A DNA stretch of 58,352 nt, filler included, from Thelocarpon superellum (Eukaryota), in the NCBI GenBank assembly GCA_026025795.1. It is 2 parts of 2 records of this genome, joined end to end, with 100 filler letters (N's around TTAATTAATTAA, not from the genome) between each part and the next. Parts side by side here need not be neighbours in the genome. Positions count along the whole stretch, not along the records: positions 1 to 29,204 come from JAPEUG010000225.1; 1 more part is not named here. One strand, 5' to 3'. Under the pieces are notes generated by a model. That model was not told the origin of the DNA, ran no database searches, and saw only the letters and a list, made by a program, of their open reading frames with translations. The stretch's first letter is position 1. Each line of letters begins with the position of its first letter. Below, in pieces: positions 1 to 10,114 of the stretch. A program made the translations under genes and the position numbers.

Positions 1-570
1 CATGTACTGCATATGCTGCAGCTCGATCATCCCCAAGACTTCTCCTCCCCTTAGACTTTCCAACTCTCGCTTGGTTGAGCGCTTGAAGTGCCCCTTCTTC
101 CATCCAAATTGATATCGCCGTCCTCGTGATATCGTGATACCACGGGCTCCCTCCCATTTCCGGCCCGCGCTGCTCGCTTTTCCACCCGACAATGTCGCCA
201 GCTTGTCATCCACCACGCTCCTCTACGCACCATCGTTTCTCGGCGCGCCTGATCCTAGAGCGCCTCACGTGAGCATGGTTCACTTCACGAGAGCAGAGTT
301 GGCCCACGTACTGTGCCGCGAGGAGCCCTGAGTGATCGCGGGGCGCCCCACGAAAGTGGTGGCTGTCGTTATGCCCGGGCGGACTCTTTCCAAGTTCCGA
401 GGAACTCGAAACAATGACGTCGGCCAAGAATGACCCTCGGTCCCTGAGGACATGAGCCCGGCCCCCTTGTCAGATCACGGGAAGGAGAGACTTACCGCGT
501 GAATATATGTATAGAGGCATCACCAACATCGGGCGCGCCTCGGCCGTCGGCCGTCGTGTTCGCCGCGGCT

Positions 571-960
571 CTACTTTGTCCACGCAGCGCCGCGCTTGAA
601 ATGCGCGACGATTCGCCGCCAGATTCGCGTCGAGCGGTCGGCCCACGTCGAGGCCGGGGCCGCGGCCGCGTCCGCATGGGCGTGGCTGGAAGTCGCCTCG
701 ATGTCGGCGGCGCGGCGCTCGCGGAGGATCCGGTCCACCGTCTGGTCATACTCCGCCTGGCCGTATTGGTGGAGGATGAGGTCGGCTTCCGGCCCCATAT
801 AGATGAAGGCCTCCCACCTTCGACTCTCCTCTCGCCTCTCCGCTTCACTCTCGGAGGTCCCAGGGGCTCTCTGGCCCCAATTTGCCGCCGCGGATCCGAT
901 GGAAGGCAGCCGGGCGAGCTGCGGCATCGTGGCCTGCATGTGGCACGCGGTGAAAGTCAT
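571..960 (-). CDS. Small hypothetical (orphan) protein, 129 aa
   Basis: ATG-initiated ORF (MTFTACHMQATMPQL...). On the minus strand it is preceded by a TATATAAG box (1053-1060) and a pyrimidine-rich leader. No recognisable family. Confidence 0.5.
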   Translation of the reverse strand: MTFTACHMQATMPQLARLPSIGSAAANWGQRAPGTSESEAERREESRRWEAFIYMGPEADLILHQYGQAEYDQTVDRILRERRAADIEATSSHAHADAAAAPASTWADRSTRIWRRIVAHFKRGAAWTK

Positions 961-1052
961 CGCGGCCGGCGGGGAAAATCGAAGGAGGAGGGTTGGTCGG
1001 TACGGGATCGAGAAGATGAGGGAAGAATCAGAGAAGATCGAGCGGAAGGAGC

Positions 1053-1060
1053 CTTATATA
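1053..1060 (-). promoter_or_regulatory. TATA box of the 571-960 gene
   Basis: Minus strand reads TATATAAG about 93 nt upstream of the ATG, followed by a CT-rich tract. Confidence 0.45.
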
Positions 1061-1647
1061 GTCCCCGATAGCCCGGTTCAGATCCCCATCACACCACACC
1101 CGATGAAGCTGTTCACTTCAGTCCACTTGGAGGCAGGGGCCCCTCTCGATCTATCCGGCATGCTGCCCAGCCCAGCAGTTACTTGAATGCGCGTTCCTGC
1201 CATCTAACGTGTAGCGGGCCCCCGTTCAATAGGAGGCCAGGCACAGCGGTCGCAGCGGTCGCCTTGAGAAGGTGTAGTTTCTCGACAGGTCAGTCGCGGA
1301 CCAAATCACCCCTATCTAGCGCCATCTTGGGTGTTGTGACCCTCCGCCAATTCAGGGCAAGTACAGGCCTCTAAGCTCCAGCCGTAGCGCTCATGCTTGC
1401 CATCCTGCCTTCCTCCATCACTCCGCAGAATAATGGGAAAGAGTAAGTGGGCAAGTCCTGTCAAACCTCGGCGGGTTGGCCCGCGGGCAGGAAAGCATCG
1501 AAAGCAGTCAGGGCTTATTCAGGGTCAGCATTGCTAGCTCCTCACCATAGTCGATCTGAAGACCGGCCAAGTCTTGTCGGTGAGGAGTGCCGCGTTCGGC
1601 CAAGAGGGACAGTTACAACAGCGCTCGCATTGTGTTCTCACACGGTC

Positions 1648-2856
1648 TTAGGCCATCTTTCGGCCCACGTTTCCCACCCCCCGTCCGACAAGGCTAAGAA
1701 TCAGTTCGTCGTCCACCGAGTCATCAGCATCCCGGATGCCCCAGCCGCTGGCACCGAACGTGCTGAGATCGCGTGCCAGCCCGATGATTTCCTCCGTCCC
1801 GAGCACGTCCCGACCGATGCACAAGCGTCCAACGTCTTCCGATCCCATGGCCATGAGGATCAGCATCGTCGATGCCCCCGCAAGCGAGACACAGCCACCG
1901 CGTGCGATGTTCTCGAGCAGCTGATGTGCACTTTGTCGTCCCAGGTCCTCCGGGCGCTGCCCCCCTTCGGGCGTAGTAGCCACGTCGGCCGAGTACCGAG
2001 CGCCCGTGGACGACTCGGCCACCAGAGAGATGCCAAATCCCACACCCGTCTTCTTGCGGGCCGTGGACGATGTATCCTCCGAGGCCACCCAGGGCGCGGA
2101 CGACACGTCGGAGAAGATGTACACGTCGCCCACCAGCGGATTGAGAACGGCGCGGGCCGCCTCGATCACGCGTGCGTTGTTGGAGCCGGAGACGCCCGTG
2201 GCATAGGCCACGCCCCGGATACGCTTGACCCGGCCAGGATTCAATAGATGAATGGTCTTTGGTAAGCGCACCTGGTGTCCAAAGACCAGCTGGACTTCGC
2301 CTGCCCCACCGGCTCCCTGCGGCCCCGGGGCGGAGCGTCTCAAGGTGCGCAGCTCGACGTTATTGGAGATGCCAAAATGCTCATACAGCGGCAAAATGGC
2401 AGTGCGAAGAGTGTCAATGGAGACATCGCCGGTCGGTGTGGCGGACGTAATGACGCCCGGGCCAGTGAAAAGCACGTTGACGGGGGCCTTGGAGAAGGGG
2501 GCCAGCAAGCAGAGCGGAAGGAGGAAGTAGGTGACGCCGCGGGTGCACTCGGCCGACAGCACATGGTGGATCACCCCGCCGCGGGCGCCCGTGCCCGGTG
2601 CGCTCCCGGTGATGAGGCCCGGTCGATAGCGTAAGATGGTGCCAGTATAGGAGATCTCAATGCTCGAGCCATTGCTCACGGCTTCGAGGAGGCGAAGCAG
2701 CGAGACCTCGTGAGGGGCAAGACCCGGATTGGTGGGAGAGGAGGCCCGAATCTGCGAGACATGAATGGGGCGGCCGGTGAGGGTGGAGAGGAGCAGGCGC
2801 TGAGCCAGGGCCTGGTGAGTGGTAAAGCGAAGTGGGAGGGGTGGAGCGTCCGCCAT
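1648..2856 (-). CDS. RCL1: RNA 3'-terminal phosphate cyclase-like protein (18S rRNA biogenesis), intronless
   Basis: 402-aa ORF with Rcl1 motifs: RLLLSTLTGRPIHVSQIR..NPGLAPHEVSLLRLLEAVSNGS, LAPFSKAP, RRSAPGPQGAGGAGEV, C-terminal GRGVGNVGRKMA. Confidence 0.95.
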   Translation of the reverse strand: MADAPPLPLRFTTHQALAQRLLLSTLTGRPIHVSQIRASSPTNPGLAPHEVSLLRLLEAVSNGSSIEISYTGTILRYRPGLITGSAPGTGARGGVIHHVLSAECTRGVTYFLLPLCLLAPFSKAPVNVLFTGPGVITSATPTGDVSIDTLRTAILPLYEHFGISNNVELRTLRRSAPGPQGAGGAGEVQLVFGHQVRLPKTIHLLNPGRVKRIRGVAYATGVSGSNNARVIEAARAVLNPLVGDVYIFSDVSSAPWVASEDTSSTARKKTGVGFGISLVAESSTGARYSADVATTPEGGQRPEDLGRQSAHQLLENIARGGCVSLAGASTMLILMAMGSEDVGRLCIGRDVLGTEEIIGLARDLSTFGASGWGIRDADDSVDDELILSLVGRGVGNVGRKMA

Positions 2857-3195
2857 TGTCAGCGGTGCTTCTCTATGCTACGCCTGCATTGGAGCCTCAT
2901 CCATAGCCGATGACTGTGTGACCTGGTCAGAGATTCGGTAGATCCGCATGCTGTTCATTTCTCCCCCCTACGTGGACTGGGAATCTTTATGAGGGACAAT
3001 TTTTTTTCCACACAACGAACCGGCTGGTCGTTTAAAGTCGCCCACAAGGCTTGCCCACTGTCGCGGAACTGGCTCGTGATCACATGGTGCCCACGTGATC
3101 TCTACAGGTTCTACGAGAGAGTTGCGGCTTCTGATATGAATACTGTTTATACTATTCAAGCGGAGCAGCTTGCCAAATGACGTAGTCCCCCCTTT

Positions 3196-4545
3196 CTATT
3201 CAAGTCTCCAGTCGCGCCGGCGCCCAAGCCACCTGACAAGATACACTAGGCCCAATAGTACGGGAACTTCGATCAATGGCCCCACCGTTGCCGCCAGCGC
3301 TTGCTCGCTGTTCACTCCAAATGTGGCGATTGCAACGGCAATGGCAAGCTCAAAGTTGTTACTGGCGGCGGTGAAGCTTTGGGTACAGGCGAGGCGATAG
3401 CCAAACCCCAGGCGATGGGTGGCGAAGAGGGTGAGGAAGAAGATGATCATGAAATAGACGACAAGTGGGGCGGCAACGCGGACCACAGACACGATCTGCT
3501 GTACCACATGTTTGCCCTGTGACGCAAACAGGATCAAGATGGTGAAGAGCAGTCCGAGGAGAGAGAGCGGGCTGATCCAGGGAAGAAATCTCGTGTCGTA
3601 CCACGACGCACGGGTCACCCTCCGAAGACCGAAGCGCGTGACGATGGCTGCCCCTAACGGAATACCCAAGAAGACGGCGACGCTCTGGGCCACCGTGGGG
3701 TAGCTGATGGCGACGGCGTTGGGCGAGTTGCTGACCACCTTCAGATAGAAGATGGCGAGAGGGGCGAAGAGAAGCATCTGCAGAATGGAGTTGATGGCGA
3801 CGAGAATGGCGCAATACTGACTATCGCCACCAGCCAATCCGGTCCAAACCAGCACCTACTCCGTCAGTTCCACGGTCGTCGTTGCAGGGATGTGGCCCAC
3901 TCACCATGGCGATACATCGTGCAACGCCCACGAGAATCAGGCCCTCCCGGAGTTGTGGCTGGTCTGGCAGAAAGGCCCAAGCCAATCCTACCTGACTCGG
4001 TCAGTTTAGTCCCTCCCTCGTCAAGGTGGTCAGCGCCACCCACCATGACCAGTGGTGCAATCACCCAGTTGACGACAATGCTAAAGCCGACCTGGACCCA
4101 AAGGGCCCGGCTTTGGAAGACCAAGTGTAGTGCCTCGAAGCGGACCTTGCACAGAATGGGATACATCATAACCAGGAGCCCGATGGCTATCAGCCATGAT
4201 TCGAATCAGCGGATGGCTGCGTCACCGATGGCGTTGGGTCTCACCGATTGGGGCGGAGACTCCCACAAATTGTCCCTTCTGCAGCGCTGGTCCAGTGTTG
4301 GGAACGAAATTGCCCAACAGGATCCCGAGAGCCATGGCGAGGAAGATCCAGACGACGAGAAAACGATCCAGAAGACCTAGACCCCTGAAGGCCGATTGAT
4401 ACTCGTCCTCTTTGGCGGCCGGGACGGCTTCAAGAGTCTGCCGTTCAAGATCAACATCCCCGGTTCTCGGTTTTTCCCCTGCTCTGCCAGCCCTAGTGTC
4501 GTCATGCTCCCGGCCAGTGTCTGGGCGAGCTTGCTCTTTCGCCAT
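3196..4545 (-). CDS. ACR3: Arsenite efflux permease, Acr3 family (multi-exon)
   Basis: Motifs LDRFLVVWIFLAMALGILLG, GLLVMMYPILCKV, ARCIAMVLVW and SFTAASNNFELAIAVAIATFG...GPLIEVP. Intron 1 is 4187-4244 (GTGAG...ATAG). Two further short introns lie near 3990-4043 and 3856-3905. Confidence 0.95.
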
Positions 4546-5109
4546 TTTCAATAGCTGCCTCTGAGCAAATCTTACGACGGGTTCGCCTGAATGCTGTACG
4601 GCAAGTCCCTCATGTAATGGCGAAGCAATGGAGGATAGACAGAATGTGATATCCGGCCTGAGTGGTGACGAGATTGAACATTCTCAGATATGATGGTCTA
4701 GTAGGGCAAGGCTCCTCCAGCCTGTGACCTACAGCGTCATACTCAAGGATTCGAAAGCTGTCGCGCGACACTTCCACCAGTGGACGGGCAGGGCGTAGGC
4801 GAGCTCTCCAGCCAATAAACAAGCGGCAGTGACATTTTGCTACCGAGATTTTGTGGGCACGTCGCGCCCGCTCAACGTTGACCTCCACCTACACTTCAGC
4901 CAGGCCGCCTTGGTGGGCGGCGATCATATGTATCTGCATCTTTCCCCCATGCCGCTTCGAGTCATGTTGGTCTTTAGCAGACCGGCCAGCGAGAAAACCT
5001 TGCTCGAACTACTACGGCTGGTGAGGCTGCACGGCGCAGAATAGAGACGCACGCGGCACAACATGACAAGTGTCAATGCTCTCCTTCTTCCTCTCCTCTT
5101 GGGCGCTGG

Positions 5110-5237
5110 GAGTGGAACACACAAGTGAGCTGGAGAATCGAGTCGGCAAAAGCAGCCTCACGTGCAGCAGGATGAGTGGAACTTGAAAGTGAGCTTGAGA
5201 ATCGAGTCGGCAAAAGCAGCATCACGTGCAGCAGGAT
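5110..5237. repeat. 64-bp tandem duplication (2 copies), each copy containing TCACGTG
   Basis: gagtggaac....aagtgagct.gagaatcgagtcggcaaaagcagc.tcacgtgcagcaggat occurs at 5110-5173 and 5174-5237. Confidence 0.9.
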
Positions 5238-5814
5238 TCACGCTGCAGCGAAACCTGACTGCCGCGAAGCCAATGGCGGGGCAGAGACGCGAGGGCAGGT
5301 CACGAGACCGGCACACTGGGGTGCTTCCACAGCTTCGCCACCGATGGCGCCGAAGCGAATTAGGTTAGCACCAAGCTGAGGGCGTATGGAGTACAGGAGC
5401 AGCCCCGGCGCGCGGCAACGGCCGCAGCGAATGGAATTATTTTGCTTGGGCCCGAAGCTTCGGCGTGGTTCGTCCGTCTGGTCGTGTCTGGGTCTCTTGT
5501 CTTACTCGACACCAACCACCAACCTCACAATAACCCATCTCCACCACCGCCTCCACACCATCATCACACCACCACTACATTCATCCGTCACTGCGCGCGC
5601 GGTCGCTCATCTCGCATCCAGCTCGATTGGTGGCCCTTTTCTTTCTGCTGCCTCTCTTCTCTTCTCTTCTCTTTCCTCTCCTTCCTCACCTTCCCGTCGA
5701 ACCGCCTGGCCTTGGTCGTCTTCGCGCTTCCTGCACACGCGTCCACGGGCTTCTTCGATTCTCCGTGTCCACGCGTGCTCGCTATCGTGCGCTTCCGCGT
5801 GATCCACTGACATC

Positions 5815-7861
5815 ATGGCTGAGGACGCCGCTGGCACGACTACTCCCCCCCCGCCAGCCGCCGAGCCCCCGGCGCGTCCGTTGCCGGCGGAAGACGAGGC
5901 GGGCGCTGCCACCAACGGAGGTGCTGGCGACGCCGCGCCGGCGGGCAATCACGGTATGCACTTCCTCTTCCTCCGTCCATCGCGGCCCCTTCATCCAGCA
6001 CTGACCATCGCCTCGCCGTGATAGCCCAAGCTGAAGCAGACCCGATCGCCAAGACCACAGGCGTGAGCGAAGACGTGCCGACCGGCGCCATCGCTGTGGC
6101 GGAGCCGTTGACCCCCGCCTCAGGCAAGAAGGGCAAGCGCAAGTCGATTACAGGCGTGCCAGAGCATCGGATGAAGAAGGTCAATCGCAAGAAATCGCAG
6201 GTCTTGACGCACCTCGACGCGCAGCCGGGCGAGTACTACTTTGCGCGATTGAAGGGGCATCCGCCGTGGCCAGCCATGGTGTGCGACGAGGAAATGCTCC
6301 CGCAAGCCTTGCTGGCCACCCGTCCCGTCACAGCCAAAAAGCCGGACGGCACGTACCGCGAAGCCTTCGCCGAGGGAGGCAAACGCGTGCAGGAGCGAAC
6401 CTTCCCGGTCATGTACATGGGCACCTACGAGTTGTACGTCGTGTGGGAGCATGCACGGATGAGAGCGGGCTAATGGATCGCAGTGGCTGGATTCCCAACA
6501 CCGACCTCACTGAGCTCGACCCCCACACCGTTGGTCAGGAGGCCGAGAAGGGCAAGAGCAAGAGTCTTGCCTATGCCTACACGGTCACAGCAGAAGCTCA
6601 CGACATCGCGTATTTCAAGAATCTGCTCAAGGAACACCAAGAAGCCCTCCGGGCCGATGCCGAGGCCAAGGCCAACAAGAAGAAGGCCAAAGGCAAGGGC
6701 AAGAGCAAGGTCGAGGTGGACGACGGCGACGAAGACGCCGAGGAGCCTGAGGGCATGGACGTCGACGAGCCTGGCGAGGGCGACGGTGGGAGCACGAAGA
6801 AGTCCAAGAAGCGGAAGAAGGAGGCGGAAGATGACGACGAGGATTCCAAGGTCAGTGTGCGCCTGTCTTGTCCAGCTGCTCTTGCTAAGCACCGGCTCAC
6901 ATCAGCCTGCGAAGACGCCCAAGCGATCGGACTCGAAGAAAAACACGAGCACGCCGAAGCTGAAGCTCACCAACCCCAAGACGCCCAATGGCGTGTCGGC
7001 CGGCAAGTCGGCCAGCAAGGGCTCCAGCGCCAAAGCCGGCAAGGCCAAGGGGAGTACGGCGAAGAAGGCCGCCAGGAAGCCCGGGGACAGTGACGAAGAG
7101 ATGGCGGATGCGTCGGCGCTCGTGGAAGAGAAGCCTTTGACGCCGGCGGAGATACTAGAGAAGAAGCAAAAGGAGATTTTCTTCCTCCGACACAAGGTCG
7201 GTCCCGGCACACCTTACCCAGAGCTGTACTGACCTTCGCAGCTACAAAAGGGCTTACTCACCCGGGACGGACCACCCAAGGAAGAAGTACGTCCGCCACG
7301 TTCCATCTTACCACATACAGACACGTACTGACGGACTCGTACCAGGAGATGAAAACCATGTCGGACTACATCAAGAAGCTGGAGACGATGGCCGATCTGG
7401 AGGTCAGCATCATGCGGACGACGAAGATCCACAAGGTGCTACGGGGCATCATCAAGCTCTCGTCCATCCCGCAAGACGCCGAGTTCAAATTCAAGCAGCG
7501 ATCGCATGATTTGCTGCAAATCTGGAACCGTCTCCTTGCTGCCGATGGTGGCGCTGCCGCCGACAAGGACGCGCATGAAGAGGGAGAGACGGAGAAGGAG
7601 AAGGAGAAGGAGAGGGGGGACAAAGGGGAGAAGACCAACGGCGTGAGCAAGGAAGAAACAGTGACGGAGAAGGGCACAGACGAGGAAGCAGCGGGAGAGG
7701 ACAAAGAATGGGTGGTGGTGGAGAAAGAGGGCGTGAAGGACGACCAGAACGGCGTGTCTGCGCCGCAGGAGCAGGAGAAGGAGAGCAAGGAGCTGGAGGA
7801 GGAGGGGACAACAGAGGGGAAGAAGGAAGAGGAGGCGGAGACGGAGGGAGAAAAGGCGTAG
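5815..7861 (+). CDS. PWWP-domain chromatin protein (Pdp3/Ioc4-like), about 6 exons
   Basis: PWWP domain YYFARLKGHPPWPAMVCDEEMLP. K/E-rich linker. C-terminal IFFLRHKLQKGLL...TKIHKVLRGIIKL domain. Introns begin near 5954, 6434, 6851, 7197 and 7287. Confidence 0.85.
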
Positions 7862-7867
7862 CTACTT

Positions 7868-7930
7868 CCTGCTGCCCCTGCTGCCCCTGCTGCCCCTGCT
7901 GCCCCTGCTGCCCCTGCTGCCCCTGCTGCC
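7868..7930. repeat. 9-bp tandem repeat (CCTGCTGCC)x7 just after the PWWP gene stop codon
   Basis: Directly visible perfect repeat. Confidence 0.95.
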
Positions 7931-9186
7931 TCTCCTTGTGCCTTTTCTCCTTATGTCTCTCTCTGCGGTCTAGTTCAGTCCGGTCCAGTCCTGTCTGCTT
8001 TACTCTTACTTGCCCTACTTCTTGACGTGACATCCACACGTCTCTCTATTCATCCTCCGCACAGACGCCACGCGGTGTCATGTCCAGGATGGGAGATAAA
8101 AGGGAGACAAAAGGGGGAAAAGGTAGAAGGAATTGGGAAAAATTGGCCGGGCGGATGTCTGACTAGTTCAATGGGAATTAAGCCAAGTCGCCAGAAACGA
8201 ACGAGAGGAAAATCCTGGGCACGAATGTCAAATCAAAATAAGATCAGCAAGACGAACGTGGAGTGAAGATCTCGTTCACTTGTTTCAATCCACAATTATT
8301 CCGCACCAACAGCGGCGACAGCACCGTGCGAAAAAGGGCCGGTCGCTTTTCAAACTCCTGAGACCTCTTGTGTCTCATGCAAGCTCTCGTGTCTCAGCCT
8401 CTCGCAGTCTGTTTGTCCATCACCTTTGGTCTCCATATCCCGTGCACTCATACTCGCACACGTCCGTCGCCGGTCGAGGTGCGGATAGGAGGCGAGCAAT
8501 CTCGCTTAGTCAGGCTTCGTACGTGACCGGTTGTGGCTCCGTTGCTCGTCACAGCTTCCTCCCCGTCAAGTTGACTTTGTTCCGTTGAGGAAGCATCGTG
8601 GTGAAGTGAGAAGGAGCGGCGGCGAATGTCGTTAGATGATTGTGACAGGGCAGGAAGCTCAAGTCGAGGAGAAGTGGAAGAAGATTTCAACTTACCTCAC
8701 GGCCACTGCCACAACATGACGTGGGAGGGTCACAGAGACGGTCTCAATGTTGGAGCTCTGATCTCAGATCTTCTTTCGCTATCCACGAGCAGGACCCAGA
8801 CCACATGCGAATGATAAGGTGATGGCGTGCTGCAGTATCCGTGCTACTCCCACCAGTCATGGCTCCCAGTCCGTATCATCACGTCACCATGGCCCGCTCG
8901 CGTGGGGTATATCATATCAGACAATGCTGTTTGTGACAGCCTTGCGGGGCAGAGACCGCAGTCTGGCTAGCTGGTGGGTCGTCGCTGGCTGCTCGCAGCT
9001 GTCAGCCTCGCGCCGTGCTGATTCAGAGGCGATCGAGTTGACGTGGCATCGGCTCGGCATATGCTCAGCCTTCTCTCTCTTCTGTCTACATAAGGCCTGT
9101 CTCCTCGCAAAACGCGGCAACATCACCTCCCAGTCCAGAGCCGACATTCAGATAACGGTTCGCATTCCGCGGCAGAAACCAGAAAC

Positions 9187-9760
9187 ATGCCGTTCGGAAA
9201 TCACGGCCCGGTCGTCACGCCCCTCCGCGGCATCGACCCCAACGAGAGGCACGACGGTCTCGTCGTCAAGCCTTACATGTCCAGTGGGAGCCAGTTTGGC
9301 CCACACTCTCAACGCTCCTACACCTAGACACCACCTACTCGCAGAGGGCTGCACTATCGTCTATGGCGTGGATGTAAGCTCGTCTTGAGTCCACAAGGGA
9401 CAACCCTGCCACGCGCTGACACTTTCCACCCGCATCATTCTAGACGAGGCGAGCCCATCCGTTCCAAATTACTGCCCAGAGGTTCGTCCGTGCCAAGAAT
9501 CGGACTGGCGCATTGCCCATCACCGCCCGCTTGGTGATCCTAGAGCCGAGGCCGGGTTTTGGACAAATTTGCATCTTCACTTTGGGTCTGGTACACAGTA
9601 CACCGTGCTCGATGATGGTGCTGGTGGATCGGGTGGGGGTGGGAGAGGAGGAGGAGGACGACGACGACGCTCAAGCAACCTCTCCGAATTACGCCCAGTC
9701 TATGATGCCCAGCTCGACATGGCCAAGAGGAACGCCTCCTTCTTTGGACGCCGTTCCTGA
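9187..9760 (+). CDS. Small 4-exon hypothetical protein, 126 aa
   Basis: Exons 9187-9283, 9345-9373, 9444-9481 and 9544-9760 are joined by GT-AG introns of 61, 70 and 62 nt. The result is one open frame: MPFGNHGPVVTPLRGIDPNERHDGLVVKPYMSKGCTIVYGVDTRRAHPFQITAQRAEAGFWTNLHLHFGSG...SFFGRRS. Confidence 0.55.
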
Positions 9761-10114
9761 GCTACGACCGATCGCGGACCTTGGTAGCCGCCTGCTCAGG
9801 CCGTGAGCAAGGGGCGTTCTGGGTTGAAGGATTCTGATATACGGCGGATTGGAGGAATGATGCGCTGCGTTTTGCTCCGGTGACAACACCTACCTAGGCA
9901 CTCCTACTAGGATGTGTGTAGCATCATTCTCTGTTTCTTTGAGTACTTGATCACCTCTTCATCTGAGACTCTACGTCTGTATCTTTGAGGGCTCATAGGT
10001 ACAGAACTGCTTCGGGACTCCATCTACCTCGACTCCACCCTCGACAGTCTCTTTGGCGCTATGTCCCCCACAGTCCTACTCGTCGTCTATCCATCGGACG
10101 ACAGGGGCGGGAAA

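Noticed and set aside
7708..8025. ORF encoding (CCP)7 that resembles a metallothionein, near ACR3
   Set aside because: It is an alternative-frame reading of a 9-bp microsatellite just after the PWWP stop, and its ATG lies inside the PWWP coding exon.
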